Assembly (NCBI GenBank): GCA_965232515.1
Contig: CBDDPY010000002.1
Span: 6,688,001-6,752,000, forward strand
DNA: 64,000 nt
Direction of reading: 5' to 3'
From: Alphaproteobacteria bacterium
GTDB taxonomy: Bacteria; Pseudomonadota; Alphaproteobacteria; GCA-2731375
Positions 9,858 through 19,692 of the stretch are shown piece after piece. Each line of letters opens with the position of its first letter. Position 1 is the first letter of the stretch. Position numbers and translations under genes: made by a program. The notes beneath the pieces are model-generated. The model had not been told where the DNA came from. It saw only the letters and a list, made by a program, of their open reading frames with translations, and made no database searches.

Positions 9858-11540
9858 ATGCGTAACGACGTTCTCTATGCTTGTTTTGACCTCGACGTGG
9901 CCCCGCCGGGCTACAATTTTCTCAATTTCCTCGTGCTCGCCGATATCGCACGCGAAGAGCTGGGGCTGGCGACGGTGCACGTCGTCTTCGTGCCCGGCGA
10001 GGCCGACGGCTTTCGGCGGGAGGACATCGAGTATCCGCTAGTCAACAAGGAATGGCGGCTGCGGCAGATCTGCACACCCGCACTTTGCCTGCTGCCGACG
10101 TGTACGGGCCATACCGTCTGCGCCAGTCGGGACGAAGCGGTCACGCTTCTTGACGGCCGCGCGCAGCACGTTTTTCCCTTCGGCTACCAGGTCGATTTGC
10201 CTGTGCCCGATCACGACTATATTCGGATCGTTCAATCGGCAGCGGCCGGACAGCGGATCGATCGTCTGCAGGCGCCCGGCCAAGCGCGCCTCTATGTCAA
10301 GAACTGGCTGAACGCGGTTGCCGGTGACCGCCGCGTTGTCACGATCACGCTGCGCGAGAGCACCTACGACGTTCATCGAAGCAGCACGAATGAAAACTGG
10401 ATTGCGTTGGCGAAGGAAATCGAGGCGCGTGGCTTCTGTCCGGTCTTGGTCAGGGATACCGAGCGCCTATTCGAAACTCAGCCGGCAGAATTCGATGGCG
10501 TTCCCGTCTTTCCGCATGCCGCCGTCAATCTGGAGCTTCGCGCCGCACTGTATGCCGAAGCGTATTTGAATACCGGGATCAACCAGGGACCGTGGACGCT
10601 TTGGCATTTCCTTGCAGAGGTTCCGTACCTCTGTGTCTACATCATCGATCGCATGCTGGAAGGTTGGCACGTCTATCACATCGACGGTTCCGGCTTCACC
10701 GTCGGTGAAGACATGCCGTTCGCCCGAGGCTGCCAGGTGACCTATTGGGGTGATGATCATCTGGAAGACTTGCGCCGTGAGTTCTGGGCTCTGGTCGACC
10801 GGCTCGAGGCCGGAGATCACCGACGATCTGCGCGTACCGGCGGCGAACCCAGCGGGCAAAGCGGTTTCGAATTGGCGGATCGCTATCGCGATAATGGGCA
10901 GTATGCCCACGCGCTGGCGATCTACCGGTCCATGCTGGACCAGGATCCCGACAATCTACAGGTTCAGTTTCGGGCTGCCGTGGTGAGTTTCGAGGCCGGC
11001 GACTTCGAATCCGCCGTCAACTATTTGGTCCAGCCCCTTGCCGCACTGGGGCCCGAGCCGGCGGTCATTGACATCTTGGTGCGAGCGAAGACGAAGCTCG
11101 GGGCAACCGATCAGGCGCTCGCGCTTCTCGAGTTGGGGATCGCCGAGCATCCGGACGATTGTGGGTTGTTGGAGCGTCAGGGCGACGTCTTGATCGATCA
11201 ATCCCGTGCTGCCGATGCCAGGGATTGTTTTCGCCGCGCCCTTCAACTGCAGCCGGATTCGCCTGTCCTGGCCAAGAAGCTGGCTGATGTCTCTCTGCAG
11301 TTGGGCGAAATCAACGACGCGATCCGTCTTTATGCTGGCCTGATCAAAGATCATCCCATCAGCGTCGTCATTATCGAGTGCCTGGCACGCGCCTTGAAAC
11401 TGGCCGGCCGGGATGGTCTGGCCGCCGACTGTTATGAGGTCAGCACCGCCCTTCGCTCCGGTCGTGAGCCGTCTGTCGATCGGCTCGACCAGGTGATCGC
11501 GGACTGCTTGCAGAACGAAAACGACAGCGAGGCGGCATGA
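9858..11540 (+). CDS. hypothetical protein: N-terminal glycosyltransferase-like region plus C-terminal TPRs
   Basis: VVTITLRES..RSS..NW..LA and LELRAALYAEAYLNTGINQGP recall GT9-like GT-B folds; TPR helices over the last ~220 aa. Confidence 0.55.
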   Translation: MRNDVLYACFDLDVAPPGYNFLNFLVLADIAREELGLATVHVVFVPGEADGFRREDIEYPLVNKEWRLRQICTPALCLLPTCTGHTVCASRDEAVTLLDGRAQHVFPFGYQVDLPVPDHDYIRIVQSAAAGQRIDRLQAPGQARLYVKNWLNAVAGDRRVVTITLRESTYDVHRSSTNENWIALAKEIEARGFCPVLVRDTERLFETQPAEFDGVPVFPHAAVNLELRAALYAEAYLNTGINQGPWTLWHFLAEVPYLCVYIIDRMLEGWHVYHIDGSGFTVGEDMPFARGCQVTYWGDDHLEDLRREFWALVDRLEAGDHRRSARTGGEPSGQSGFELADRYRDNGQYAHALAIYRSMLDQDPDNLQVQFRAAVVSFEAGDFESAVNYLVQPLAALGPEPAVIDILVRAKTKLGATDQALALLELGIAEHPDDCGLLERQGDVLIDQSRAADARDCFRRALQLQPDSPVLAKKLADVSLQLGEINDAIRLYAGLIKDHPISVVIIECLARALKLAGRDGLAADCYEVSTALRSGREPSVDRLDQVIADCLQNENDSEAA

Positions 11541-11598
11541 AGGCGTTTCCTCTCGTGTCGCCAGGGCGTCGACCAATGAAAAATCTGGAGATTGAGTG

Positions 11599-12987
11599 AT
11601 GCGTGTTCTCTTGGTCGTTTACGACAACGACGCCTACATGCACTGGTTCCCGCAGGGTCTTGCCTATATCGGCGCCGTGCTGCGCAATGCCGGCCACGAG
11701 GTCGAGGTCTACAGCCAGGACATGCATCACTGGCCGGACGACCACTTGAAAGACTATCTGGACGAGAACGAGTTCGACGTCGTCTGCGGCAGCTTCATCG
11801 CCGGCTACTACCAGTACCGTCGCCTGAAAGGTCTGTCCCGGGCGATCAACGAGTCCAAGAACCGGCCGTTCTACGTGTTGGGCGGCCATGGACCGACGCC
11901 CGAACCGGAATTCTATATCGGCGTCACCGGCGCCGACGTGATCGTCTGCGGCGAGGGCGAGCAGACCATCGTCGACCTGATCGACCGGCTGCAGAACGGT
12001 TTGCCCTGGGGCGACGTCAAGGGCATCGCCTACATGGACGGCAACAAGTGCGTGGTCACGCCGCGGCATCCGTTGATCGAGGATCTCGACTCGATCCCGT
12101 TCCCGGCCTACGACCTGTTCCCGATGGAGTATTACCGGCTGATGCGCGAGCCGCATATGGATCCGTCGGATTTCATCATGCCGGTGCTGTCGGCGCGCGG
12201 GTGTCCCTTCCGCTGCACCTTCTGTTACCGGATCGATCCCGGCTACCGCGCGCGGCAGCCGGAAGGCATCATCGAAGAGATCGAGATGCTGAAGAAGGAC
12301 TACGGCATCACCTACATCATCTTCTCGGACGAGCTGCTGATGTCGTCGGTGAACCGCACGCTTGAGCTATGCGAAGCCTTCATGAAGGCCGATATCGGCG
12401 TTAAGTGGAACTGCAGCGGACGCCTGAACTGGGCGACGAAGGAGGTGATGAAGGCGATGAAGGACGCGGGCTGCGTCTTCATCAACTACGGCATCGAGAG
12501 CGTCGACAACGAGGTCCTGAAGAAGATGAAGAAGGGCCTGAACTACGACCAGATCATCGAGGGCGTCGAGAACACGCTTGAAGTCGGCATCAGCCCCGGC
12601 CTGAACATTATCTTCGGCAATGTCGGCGACGACCGCGCCACGATGAAGAAGAGCATCGACTTCCTGCTGCGCTACAGCGACGGTTCGCAGATGCGTACGA
12701 TCCGGCCGGTCACGCCCTATCCGGGTTCGCCGCTCTATTACACGGCGATCGAGCGTGGGCTTCTCAAGGACGCGCACGACTTCTACGAGGTCAAGCATAC
12801 AAACTCGGACCTGATCACGGTCAACATGACCGAACTGGAGGACGACGCGTTTTATGGCTTGCTCTCGGAGGCGAACCAGATCCTGATCGATGACTACTTT
12901 GAAAAGAAGCGCGCCAACGCCATGGATGAGATCGTCAGCCTCTATGGCGAGCGCGACGACAGCTTCCGTGGTTTCCGCCACACATGA
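11599..12987 (+). CDS. cobalamin-binding radical SAM enzyme
   Basis: N-terminal B12-binding domain (PQGLAYIGAVL, VLGGHGPT, GEGE); SARGCPFRCTFC cluster motif; YGIES; TPYPGSPLY. Confidence 0.92.
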   Translation: MRVLLVVYDNDAYMHWFPQGLAYIGAVLRNAGHEVEVYSQDMHHWPDDHLKDYLDENEFDVVCGSFIAGYYQYRRLKGLSRAINESKNRPFYVLGGHGPTPEPEFYIGVTGADVIVCGEGEQTIVDLIDRLQNGLPWGDVKGIAYMDGNKCVVTPRHPLIEDLDSIPFPAYDLFPMEYYRLMREPHMDPSDFIMPVLSARGCPFRCTFCYRIDPGYRARQPEGIIEEIEMLKKDYGITYIIFSDELLMSSVNRTLELCEAFMKADIGVKWNCSGRLNWATKEVMKAMKDAGCVFINYGIESVDNEVLKKMKKGLNYDQIIEGVENTLEVGISPGLNIIFGNVGDDRATMKKSIDFLLRYSDGSQMRTIRPVTPYPGSPLYYTAIERGLLKDAHDFYEVKHTNSDLITVNMTELEDDAFYGLLSEANQILIDDYFEKKRANAMDEIVSLYGERDDSFRGFRHT

Positions 12988-12989
12988 GC

Positions 12990-13181
12990 TTATGGCGCGT
13001 CGTCAGCGTCGGCTGATCGCCGGCGCGCCAGCTCTTCCTCGGCCAACGCGCGAACGCGCGGGTCACGGTATGCGCCGTCGCGCAGGCGTGTTGTCAGTTC
13101 TTCGTCCGTCAGCGCTGACAGATCGGCCCGGAGCAGGTCGAGACCTTTCGTCCGTTCCCGTGACCATTCGTTGATCGGCAT
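12990..13181 (-). CDS. small hypothetical protein (63 aa)
   Basis: Fills the intergenic gap; helical LSALTDEELTTRLRDG..RALAEEELARR. Confidence 0.4.
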   Translation of the reverse strand: MPINEWSRERTKGLDLLRADLSALTDEELTTRLRDGAYRDPRVRALAEEELARRRSADADDAP

Positions 13182-13237
13182 GGATTCGAACCGATGGACA
13201 TTGCAGATCGGCAAGACGATAGACGATCCGAGTTGAA

Positions 13238-14134
13238 ATGACGATCCAGTCTGAAGCGGAGATCCGTCCAGCGGACAAGGGCCCGACGACCTCCGGCCAC
13301 GAGAGCAGGATCGGCTTCATGCAAGGACGGCTGTCGCCCTTGGTCGATGGCCGGATTCAGGCGTTTCCGGCGCAACATTGGCGCGACGAAATACGGCTCG
13401 CGGGTGACCTGGAATTCCGACGCATGGAGTGGACGCTCGATCACGACGGATTGCACGAGAATCCCCTGCTGACTCCCGGCGGCCGAACCGAGATAGAGAA
13501 GCTGGCGGGCGAACAGGATCTGCTGATCAGATCCGTCACCGGCGATTTCTTCATGCAGGCACCGTTTTTCAAGTTCGACGGGTCCGAGCGGCGCGCACGC
13601 CTTGACGATCTGCAACGCGTGATCGATGCCTGCCTGGCGATGGGAATTACCTGTCTGGTCGTGCCGCTGGTGGACAACGGCAGCCCCGACGGACCGCGCG
13701 AGCGGGACCTGGTTTCGGAAACACTGACGGGGCTCATGGCGCAGCGGCGGGACGAACCGTTCCGGCTGTTGTTTGAAAGCGACCTGCCGCTGGATCAACT
13801 GCGCGCCTTCATGGATCGGTTCCCCGATCGAGGCTTCGGCGTCAATCTGGATATCGGCAACAGCGTTGCACTCGGATTCACGCCAGCTGAAGAGATCGCA
13901 ACGCTGGGTCCGCTCATTCATAACGTCCATGTCAAAGACCGCCTGCTCGGCGGGACCACGGTGCCGCTGGGTCAGGGCGCCGCCGATTTTCCGGCCGTCT
14001 TTGACGCCCTGCGGCGCATGGGTTATGGCGGTCAGCTCATTCTGCAAACCGCCCGGGCGGCTGACGGCGACCATGTCGGCGCCCTGGTCGGATATCGCGA
14101 CCAGGTCCGCACCTGGCTGGCGGATGCGGCCTGA
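13238..14134 (+). CDS. sugar phosphate isomerase/epimerase (xylose isomerase-like TIM barrel)
   Basis: IGFMQGRLSP, LLFESD, VNLDIGN, NVHVKDR, VPLGQG metal-ligand motifs. Confidence 0.88.
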   Translation: MTIQSEAEIRPADKGPTTSGHESRIGFMQGRLSPLVDGRIQAFPAQHWRDEIRLAGDLEFRRMEWTLDHDGLHENPLLTPGGRTEIEKLAGEQDLLIRSVTGDFFMQAPFFKFDGSERRARLDDLQRVIDACLAMGITCLVVPLVDNGSPDGPRERDLVSETLTGLMAQRRDEPFRLLFESDLPLDQLRAFMDRFPDRGFGVNLDIGNSVALGFTPAEEIATLGPLIHNVHVKDRLLGGTTVPLGQGAADFPAVFDALRRMGYGGQLILQTARAADGDHVGALVGYRDQVRTWLADAA

Positions 14135-14883
14135 TGGATCTTGAACTGGGGCACAAATCGGCGGTCGTTGTCGGCGCCTCGCGCGGCATCGGCCGCGCCA
14201 TCTGCGTGTCGCTGGCGGCCGAAGGCGCCGATGTGCTGGCGCTGGCGCGCGGGGAAGCCGATCTGGCGCGGCTGGCGAGCGAGCATGGGGTGCGGACGGC
14301 GATTTGTGATGCCATTGAAGCGGCCGATCTCCACCGGGTCGCCGGCGCCATCGCCGAAACCGGACGGCCGATCGATATCTTGGTCTGCAACGTCGGATCG
14401 GGCCGCTCGACGCCGCCCGGCGAGGAAAGCGTCGCCGAGTGGCGGCGGGTGCTGGACATCAATCTGCTGTCGACGGTGGGCGTGATCGAGCGGCTGCAGC
14501 CGCACCTGGCGTTGGATGCCGTTGTCATCTGCACCTCGTCGATCGCCGGTCGGCAGGCCCTGGGCGCGCCGACGGCCTATGCGGCCGCCAAGAGCGCGCT
14601 CGACGCCATGGTCGCCAATCTGGCCCGCCCGTTGGCGAAGACAGGCATCCGCATCGTCGGTGTGGCGCCGGGCAATATCCTGTTTCCAGATTCGGTCTGG
14701 GACCGGAAGCTGAAGGAGGATGCGCGGGGCGTCGGCGACATGCTGGAGCGTGAGGTGCCGCTGGGCCGTCTGGGACGGCCGGAAGAGATCGCCGACGTCG
14801 TCGCGTTCCTAGCCTCGCCGCGAGCGGCATTCATGACCGGCACTACAGTCGTCGTCGACGGCGGCCAGACGCGCGGTCACTGA
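14134..14883 (+). CDS. SDR family oxidoreductase
   Basis: GASRGIG, YAAAK, VAPGNI; start overlaps the upstream stop. Confidence 0.92.
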   Translation: MDLELGHKSAVVVGASRGIGRAICVSLAAEGADVLALARGEADLARLASEHGVRTAICDAIEAADLHRVAGAIAETGRPIDILVCNVGSGRSTPPGEESVAEWRRVLDINLLSTVGVIERLQPHLALDAVVICTSSIAGRQALGAPTAYAAAKSALDAMVANLARPLAKTGIRIVGVAPGNILFPDSVWDRKLKEDARGVGDMLEREVPLGRLGRPEEIADVVAFLASPRAAFMTGTTVVVDGGQTRGH

Positions 14884-14886
14884 GAC

Positions 14887-15702
14887 ATGGGCGATCTCGA
14901 CAACCGAAATGTGCTGATCACGGGCGCCGCCGGCCTGCTGGGCCGCGAGCATGCGGTCGCAATTGGCCGCGCCGGCGGCCGGCCGGTGCTTGTCGATATC
15001 GATGCTGGTCACCTGAAAGAGGCTGTCGGCGACGTAAACGATCGGATCGGCGGCGAGCGTGCGATCGGCCATGTCGCCGACATCACCGATCGCGATGGCC
15101 TGGTCGCGCTGAACGACGAATTGACACGCGACGTCGGCGGCGTCGACGCCGTCGTCAACAACGCGGCGATCAATCCGACGATGAGCGGGCCGCAGGCGAC
15201 GGCGGCGTCGCGGTTCGAGACCTATCCACTGGAGATGTGGAACGCCGAGCTCGCCGTCGGCCTGACCGGCGCCATGCAGGTCGCGCAAATCTTCGGCAAG
15301 GCGATGGCGGATCGCGGACGCGGCGTGATCGTCAACATCGCCTCCGACCTCGGCGTCATCGCGCCGGATCACCGGATCTACGCGTCGAGCCGGCGGATGG
15401 AGGATGTCGAGAGCTTCAAGCCGGCGAGCTACGTCGTCTGCAAGACCGCGATCATCGGCCTGACCCGTTACCTCGCGACCTATTGGGCGCATCGCGGCGT
15501 GCGTTGCAACGCGCTGGCGCCGGGCGGTGTGTTTGCCGATCAGGCCCAGGCCCTGGTCGACGGCATCGTCGATCGCGTGCCGCTCGGTCGTATGGCCAGG
15601 CCCGACGACTATCACGGCGCCATCGTCTTTCTCTGCAGCGACGCCTCGGCCTACATGAATGGCCAGGTCATGGTCATGGATGGCGGGCGTAGCGTCTGGT
15701 AG
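14887..15702 (+). CDS. SDR family oxidoreductase (PtmA-like)
   Basis: TGAAGLLG, NNAA, IASDLGVIAPDHRIY, YVVCK, NALAPGG. Confidence 0.88.
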   Translation: MGDLDNRNVLITGAAGLLGREHAVAIGRAGGRPVLVDIDAGHLKEAVGDVNDRIGGERAIGHVADITDRDGLVALNDELTRDVGGVDAVVNNAAINPTMSGPQATAASRFETYPLEMWNAELAVGLTGAMQVAQIFGKAMADRGRGVIVNIASDLGVIAPDHRIYASSRRMEDVESFKPASYVVCKTAIIGLTRYLATYWAHRGVRCNALAPGGVFADQAQALVDGIVDRVPLGRMARPDDYHGAIVFLCSDASAYMNGQVMVMDGGRSVW

Positions 15703-16594
15703 CCGGCACGACCGCCGACCCGCATAGCGAATTGCAGTAAGCGCCGATGTCCCTGAAGGTCATGCTCGTCGCGCGCGCCAGCTTGTCCGACCGCATCGAA
15801 ACATTCACGGGCCGGGCTTCCGAAAGATCGAAGTCGTGGATGCTACACGGCTTTATCGTGATGTCGCGGACACCGGTTGCCGAACTGAACGCGGCGAGCA
15901 GAATTTGCAGCAATTCGATCCGGCGAAAGGCTTTGTTGCCGGAGAGGTGAAACAGACCGGACAAATCGCGCTCGATGACGCGCGTGATCGCCGTCGTCAC
16001 GTCGTCGATGTGAACGGGCGAGAAAATCTGGTCCTGGGCACAGGTGATGACGGCGCCGGGGTGGAACTGATCCAGCCAGTTGGTGAACAGTGTGCCGTCG
16101 CCCAGCTCACCACCAAACACCTTGGCCAAACGAAGAATGGCGTGGGGTACGCCCAACCCGTTGAGATAGCTTTCCGCGTCCAGCTTCTGCCGTCCGTAGA
16201 GAAGGATCGGCCGGGCGTCATCTTCCTCGTCGTAGTTTCCGCGCCTGCCGTCGAAGACGAATTCCGTCGAGGTGAAAACGGGCTTGATCCCCATCTCTGT
16301 CAGCTGGTCGAAGATGCGGCAGACGCTGTCGACATTGAGCGCCTGGGAATGCTGGCTGTCCCGCACGCAGCTGTCAGGCTCGGTGTCGCCAAGCAGGACG
16401 ACGGCGTGCGAGAAGGCGGCCGGGTCGTCGACGATCTGGGCGAGCCGATCGGTGAGCGCGTCGAAGGCGATGCCGCCGGGAAACGGAGTCGAGCAGTAGG
16501 TGCCGACGGCCCGCGCGGGGCCCAGGTGTCGGAGCAGGTGGCGGCCGACGAAACTGGAGGCCCCCAGCACCAATATCCTGCCGCCGCCGGTCAT
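15674..16594 (-). CDS. RmlD-like NDP-4-keto-sugar reductase
   Basis: GASSFVG, STEFVFDG..GNYDEED..P..LYGRQK, DQIFSPVHIDD. Confidence 0.85.
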   Translation of the reverse strand: MTGGGRILVLGASSFVGRHLLRHLGPARAVGTYCSTPFPGGIAFDALTDRLAQIVDDPAAFSHAVVLLGDTEPDSCVRDSQHSQALNVDSVCRIFDQLTEMGIKPVFTSTEFVFDGRRGNYDEEDDARPILLYGRQKLDAESYLNGLGVPHAILRLAKVFGGELGDGTLFTNWLDQFHPGAVITCAQDQIFSPVHIDDVTTAITRVIERDLSGLFHLSGNKAFRRIELLQILLAAFSSATGVRDITIKPCSIHDFDLSEARPVNVSMRSDKLARATSMTFRDIGAYCNSLCGSAVVPATRRYARHP

Positions 16595-16601
16595 CGGCGG
16601 G

Positions 16602-17729
16602 TCAGGACTTCAGAGACTCGGCGATCTCCATGGCCTGGGCGATGCAGTCGTCGACGTCGACGCGGTACTGATAGCTGCCGGCGCGGCCGATCGAGAATAC
16701 GCCGTCGGGCATGGCGTCGAGATACTTCTTGGCCCTGGCATACTCGCTGGTCAGCGGCACCGGATAGTAGCGGCCGTTCCGGGACGGGATTTCCATGCCG
16801 ATGATGGTGCTGTCCGCGTCGTAGTTCTGCCGGGTGAACTGCTTGTACTCGACCAGCCGGGTAAACGGCTCCTGGCTGGCGTAGTAGAGGAAGTAGACGT
16901 TCTCCGGGAAGGCATGCGCGATCGGCAGCACGAATTTGTAGAAGTCGCGGCCGATATAGGGCAAGTCGCCGTATTCCCCGTTCATCACGGTATCGGGCGA
17001 CAGCGTGTTGACGATGACGTCGTAGCTCTGTTTCTCGCCGTCGACGACCACGGTCTTTGCCGGAAGGTCATAGGCTTCGATGCGCGTTCGCAGACGCACG
17101 TTCGTGTCGGCCGTGGCGATCTCGAAGTAGTCGTCATAGCCGTTGCGGGCGTGCGGGTAGGCGGAGATGGCGCTGTCCCAGGCCTCGCGCGGCCCTTCTT
17201 TCAGGGTCACGCCCTTTGGCGACCAGTTGAAATCGTCGATGGTCTTGTTGTCGTCGACCATCCACATCTTCTGCGAATAGGTGTTGACGAACTTGTCGTA
17301 GAGCGTGCGGCCGATCGAGGCGATCCAGAACTCCTCGAAGTTGCGGGCTTCAATGGAGCCGCTCAATGCTCGGGCCTCCTCGAGCTCGGCATGGATCTGA
17401 TCGCGCTCGGGCATCCGGTCCACGTCATCGATATGGACCGGGTAGTTGTAGAACTGTGCGTCCTGCTCGACATAGGTCAGGAAGACGTGATCGTTGCAGC
17501 GCCGCAGCGGGCAGTGCTGGTTCAGGTATTCATAGACCTTCTCGTTCTGGGTCAGAAAATGCCGTGGGCCGAATGTAAAGGGGTGACCGCCATACCAGAG
17601 CGTTTTGCAGCCGCCGCCGAGGAACGGCGCCGCCTCGACCAGGGTCACGTCCCACGCGCCGTTCGCCGAGAGTAGGTGCGCCGCGGCGCAGCCGGCGAAA
17701 CCGCCGCCGATGACAAGAGCCGTCTTCAT
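16602..17729 (-). CDS. FAD-dependent UDP-galactopyranose mutase-like protein
   Basis: IGGGFAG dinucleotide-binding motif, FGPRHFLT, FTRLVEYKQF, YYPVP, GRAGSYQY; ATG at 17729 after GAGGGA. Confidence 0.8.
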   Translation of the reverse strand: MKTALVIGGGFAGCAAAHLLSANGAWDVTLVEAAPFLGGGCKTLWYGGHPFTFGPRHFLTQNEKVYEYLNQHCPLRRCNDHVFLTYVEQDAQFYNYPVHIDDVDRMPERDQIHAELEEARALSGSIEARNFEEFWIASIGRTLYDKFVNTYSQKMWMVDDNKTIDDFNWSPKGVTLKEGPREAWDSAISAYPHARNGYDDYFEIATADTNVRLRTRIEAYDLPAKTVVVDGEKQSYDVIVNTLSPDTVMNGEYGDLPYIGRDFYKFVLPIAHAFPENVYFLYYASQEPFTRLVEYKQFTRQNYDADSTIIGMEIPSRNGRYYPVPLTSEYARAKKYLDAMPDGVFSIGRAGSYQYRVDVDDCIAQAMEIAESLKS

Positions 17730-17922
17730 TTCCCTCAACGCCTTTCAGCAGATCGTCCCGGTATGCCGGTAACCACCGACCAAAGTCATTGAGCGCGAAT
17801 ATGGTAAACAATCCCTTCACGGTGCCTCGCCGGGCCGCCGCGACGGCGCTGGTCCAGGCGCCTGACGAACGATAACCGACGCTGCCCCGGCGGGCCGTTG
17901 AGCGGCCCCGGTTTCCGTTTTC

Positions 17923-17949
17923 TTAACCATTGCCAACCAGATTAACCAT
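17923..17949. promoter_or_regulatory. tandem CtrA half-sites upstream of neuB
   Basis: TTAACCAT at 17923-17930 and again at 17942-17949. Confidence 0.55.
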
Positions 17950-18014
17950 GTTGCGCCTGGCGCCGGTTTCGGCGGCCGGCAATCCCGCCGGGGCGGACGA
18001 TCGGAGGAACGACT

Positions 18015-18878
18015 GTGAGCTTGTTTCTGATTGGCGAAATCGGCATCAACCACAACGGTGACATCGCGATCGCAAAACAGCTGATCGACGCCGCCGCCGA
18101 CGCCGGCTTCGACGCCGTCAAATTTCAGAAGCGCACCGTCGACAAGGTTTATAGCGAGGAATACCTGGACAGCCCACGGCAGAGCCCCTGGGGCACGACC
18201 CAGCGCGACCAGAAGCTGGGCCTCGAATTCGACGAGGCGGCGTTCGGCGAGATCGACCGCTATTGCCATCACCGCGGTATCGGCTGGTCGGCCTCGGCCT
18301 GGGACACGGACAGCCAAAGCTTCCTCGATAGGTTCGATCTGCCGTTTAACAAGGTCGCCTCGCCGCTGCTCGGACACCGGCCGTTGCTGCGCCAGATCGC
18401 GGCCGAGGGTCGCAAGACCTTCATTTCGACGGGCATGTCGTCGCTCGATGAAGTCGACGAGGCGGTCAACTACTTTGTTCAAGCCAATTGCCCGTTCGAG
18501 CTGATGCATTGCAACAGCAGCTATCCGATGGCCGAGGAGAACGCGAACCTCAAATGCATCCCGATGCTGCGCGAGCGCTTCAATTGCGATGTCGGCTATT
18601 CGGGACACGAATCCTCTCTGATCAAGATCAGCGCCGCCGCGGTGGCGTTGGGCGCGACGTCGATCGAACGGCACATCACACTGGATCGCGCCATGTACGG
18701 TTCCGATCAGGCCGCGTCCATCGAGGCCGGGTCGCTGCGGGGCTTCGTGCAGGCCGTGCATTCGGTCGAGAAGGCAATGGGCGACGGTGGAAAGTCGGTT
18801 CGGCCGGAAGAGCAGGCCGCGCGCGACAAGCTGCGTGTCGATGTAGCGGACACCGGTCCGGAAGTGGTCGCCGCCTGA
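18015..18878 (+). CDS. neuB: N-acetylneuraminate (nonulosonate) synthase family, short form
   Basis: IGEIGINHNGD, AVKFQKR, KVAS, ISTGMS, MHCNSSYP, GYSGHE, IERHITLDR. Confidence 0.93.
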   Translation: MSLFLIGEIGINHNGDIAIAKQLIDAAADAGFDAVKFQKRTVDKVYSEEYLDSPRQSPWGTTQRDQKLGLEFDEAAFGEIDRYCHHRGIGWSASAWDTDSQSFLDRFDLPFNKVASPLLGHRPLLRQIAAEGRKTFISTGMSSLDEVDEAVNYFVQANCPFELMHCNSSYPMAEENANLKCIPMLRERFNCDVGYSGHESSLIKISAAAVALGATSIERHITLDRAMYGSDQAASIEAGSLRGFVQAVHSVEKAMGDGGKSVRPEEQAARDKLRVDVADTGPEVVAA

Positions 18879-18906
18879 CCGTATTCGGTATCGACGAGTA
18901 GCGACG

Positions 18907-19686
18907 ATGTCGACCAAGCCCATTGTGCATGCGCTTATTCCGGCCCGGGGCGGCTCCAAGGGCGTGCCGGGAAAGAACGTCCGCAGCGTCGGCGGCTTTC
19001 CCATGGTGGCTTTCAGCATTTTAGCGGGACTCGAGGCGGCACGCATCGACCGTACCGTGGTCACGACGGACGCCGAGCATATCGCCGATCTGGCGCGGCA
19101 GTTCGGCGCCGACGTGCCGTTCCTGCGCCCGGCCGAATTCGCCCGCGACGAGGCGCCGGATCTGGCCTACATCAACCATTATCTCGATTGGCTGCAGGCC
19201 TATGAGGGCGCGCTGCCGGATTGGCTGGTAATCCTGCGGCCGACGACGCCGCTGCGCGACCCGGTGGTGCTGGACGAGGCTATCGACGCCTTCGCGGCGC
19301 GTCCGGAAGCGACCGGCCTCCGCTCCATTCATCCGCTCGCCGAACCGCCGCAAAAACAACTGGGTCTCGAGGACGGCTGGCTGGTCGGTCTGTTCCCCCA
19401 CGACCCGCGCGCCGAATACTACAACCTGCCGCGCCAGTCCTTCCCGCAATCCTATCAGCCGAACGGCTATGTGGATGTCGTCCGGGTCGACTACATCCGC
19501 GAGACCGGCATGTTGTACGGCGATCGCTCGCTGGGATTCGAGACAAAGCCCGTGATCGAAATCGATCATCCCGAAGACATGGATTACCTCGCCTATTGGA
19601 TCGAGCGGCATGGCGATCCGCTGCTGGACTTGCTGCGTAGCCGGTTCGGGCCGCGCGAGATCGTCCCGGCGGCAGCAGGAGACTGA
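18907..19686 (+). CDS. neuA: acylneuraminate cytidylyltransferase family
   Basis: IPARGGSKGVPGKN, PFLRPAEFARD, LRPTTPLR, PRQ, IEIDHPED. Confidence 0.93.
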   Translation: MSTKPIVHALIPARGGSKGVPGKNVRSVGGFPMVAFSILAGLEAARIDRTVVTTDAEHIADLARQFGADVPFLRPAEFARDEAPDLAYINHYLDWLQAYEGALPDWLVILRPTTPLRDPVVLDEAIDAFAARPEATGLRSIHPLAEPPQKQLGLEDGWLVGLFPHDPRAEYYNLPRQSFPQSYQPNGYVDVVRVDYIRETGMLYGDRSLGFETKPVIEIDHPEDMDYLAYWIERHGDPLLDLLRSRFGPREIVPAAAGD

Positions 19687-19692
19687 CGAGCG

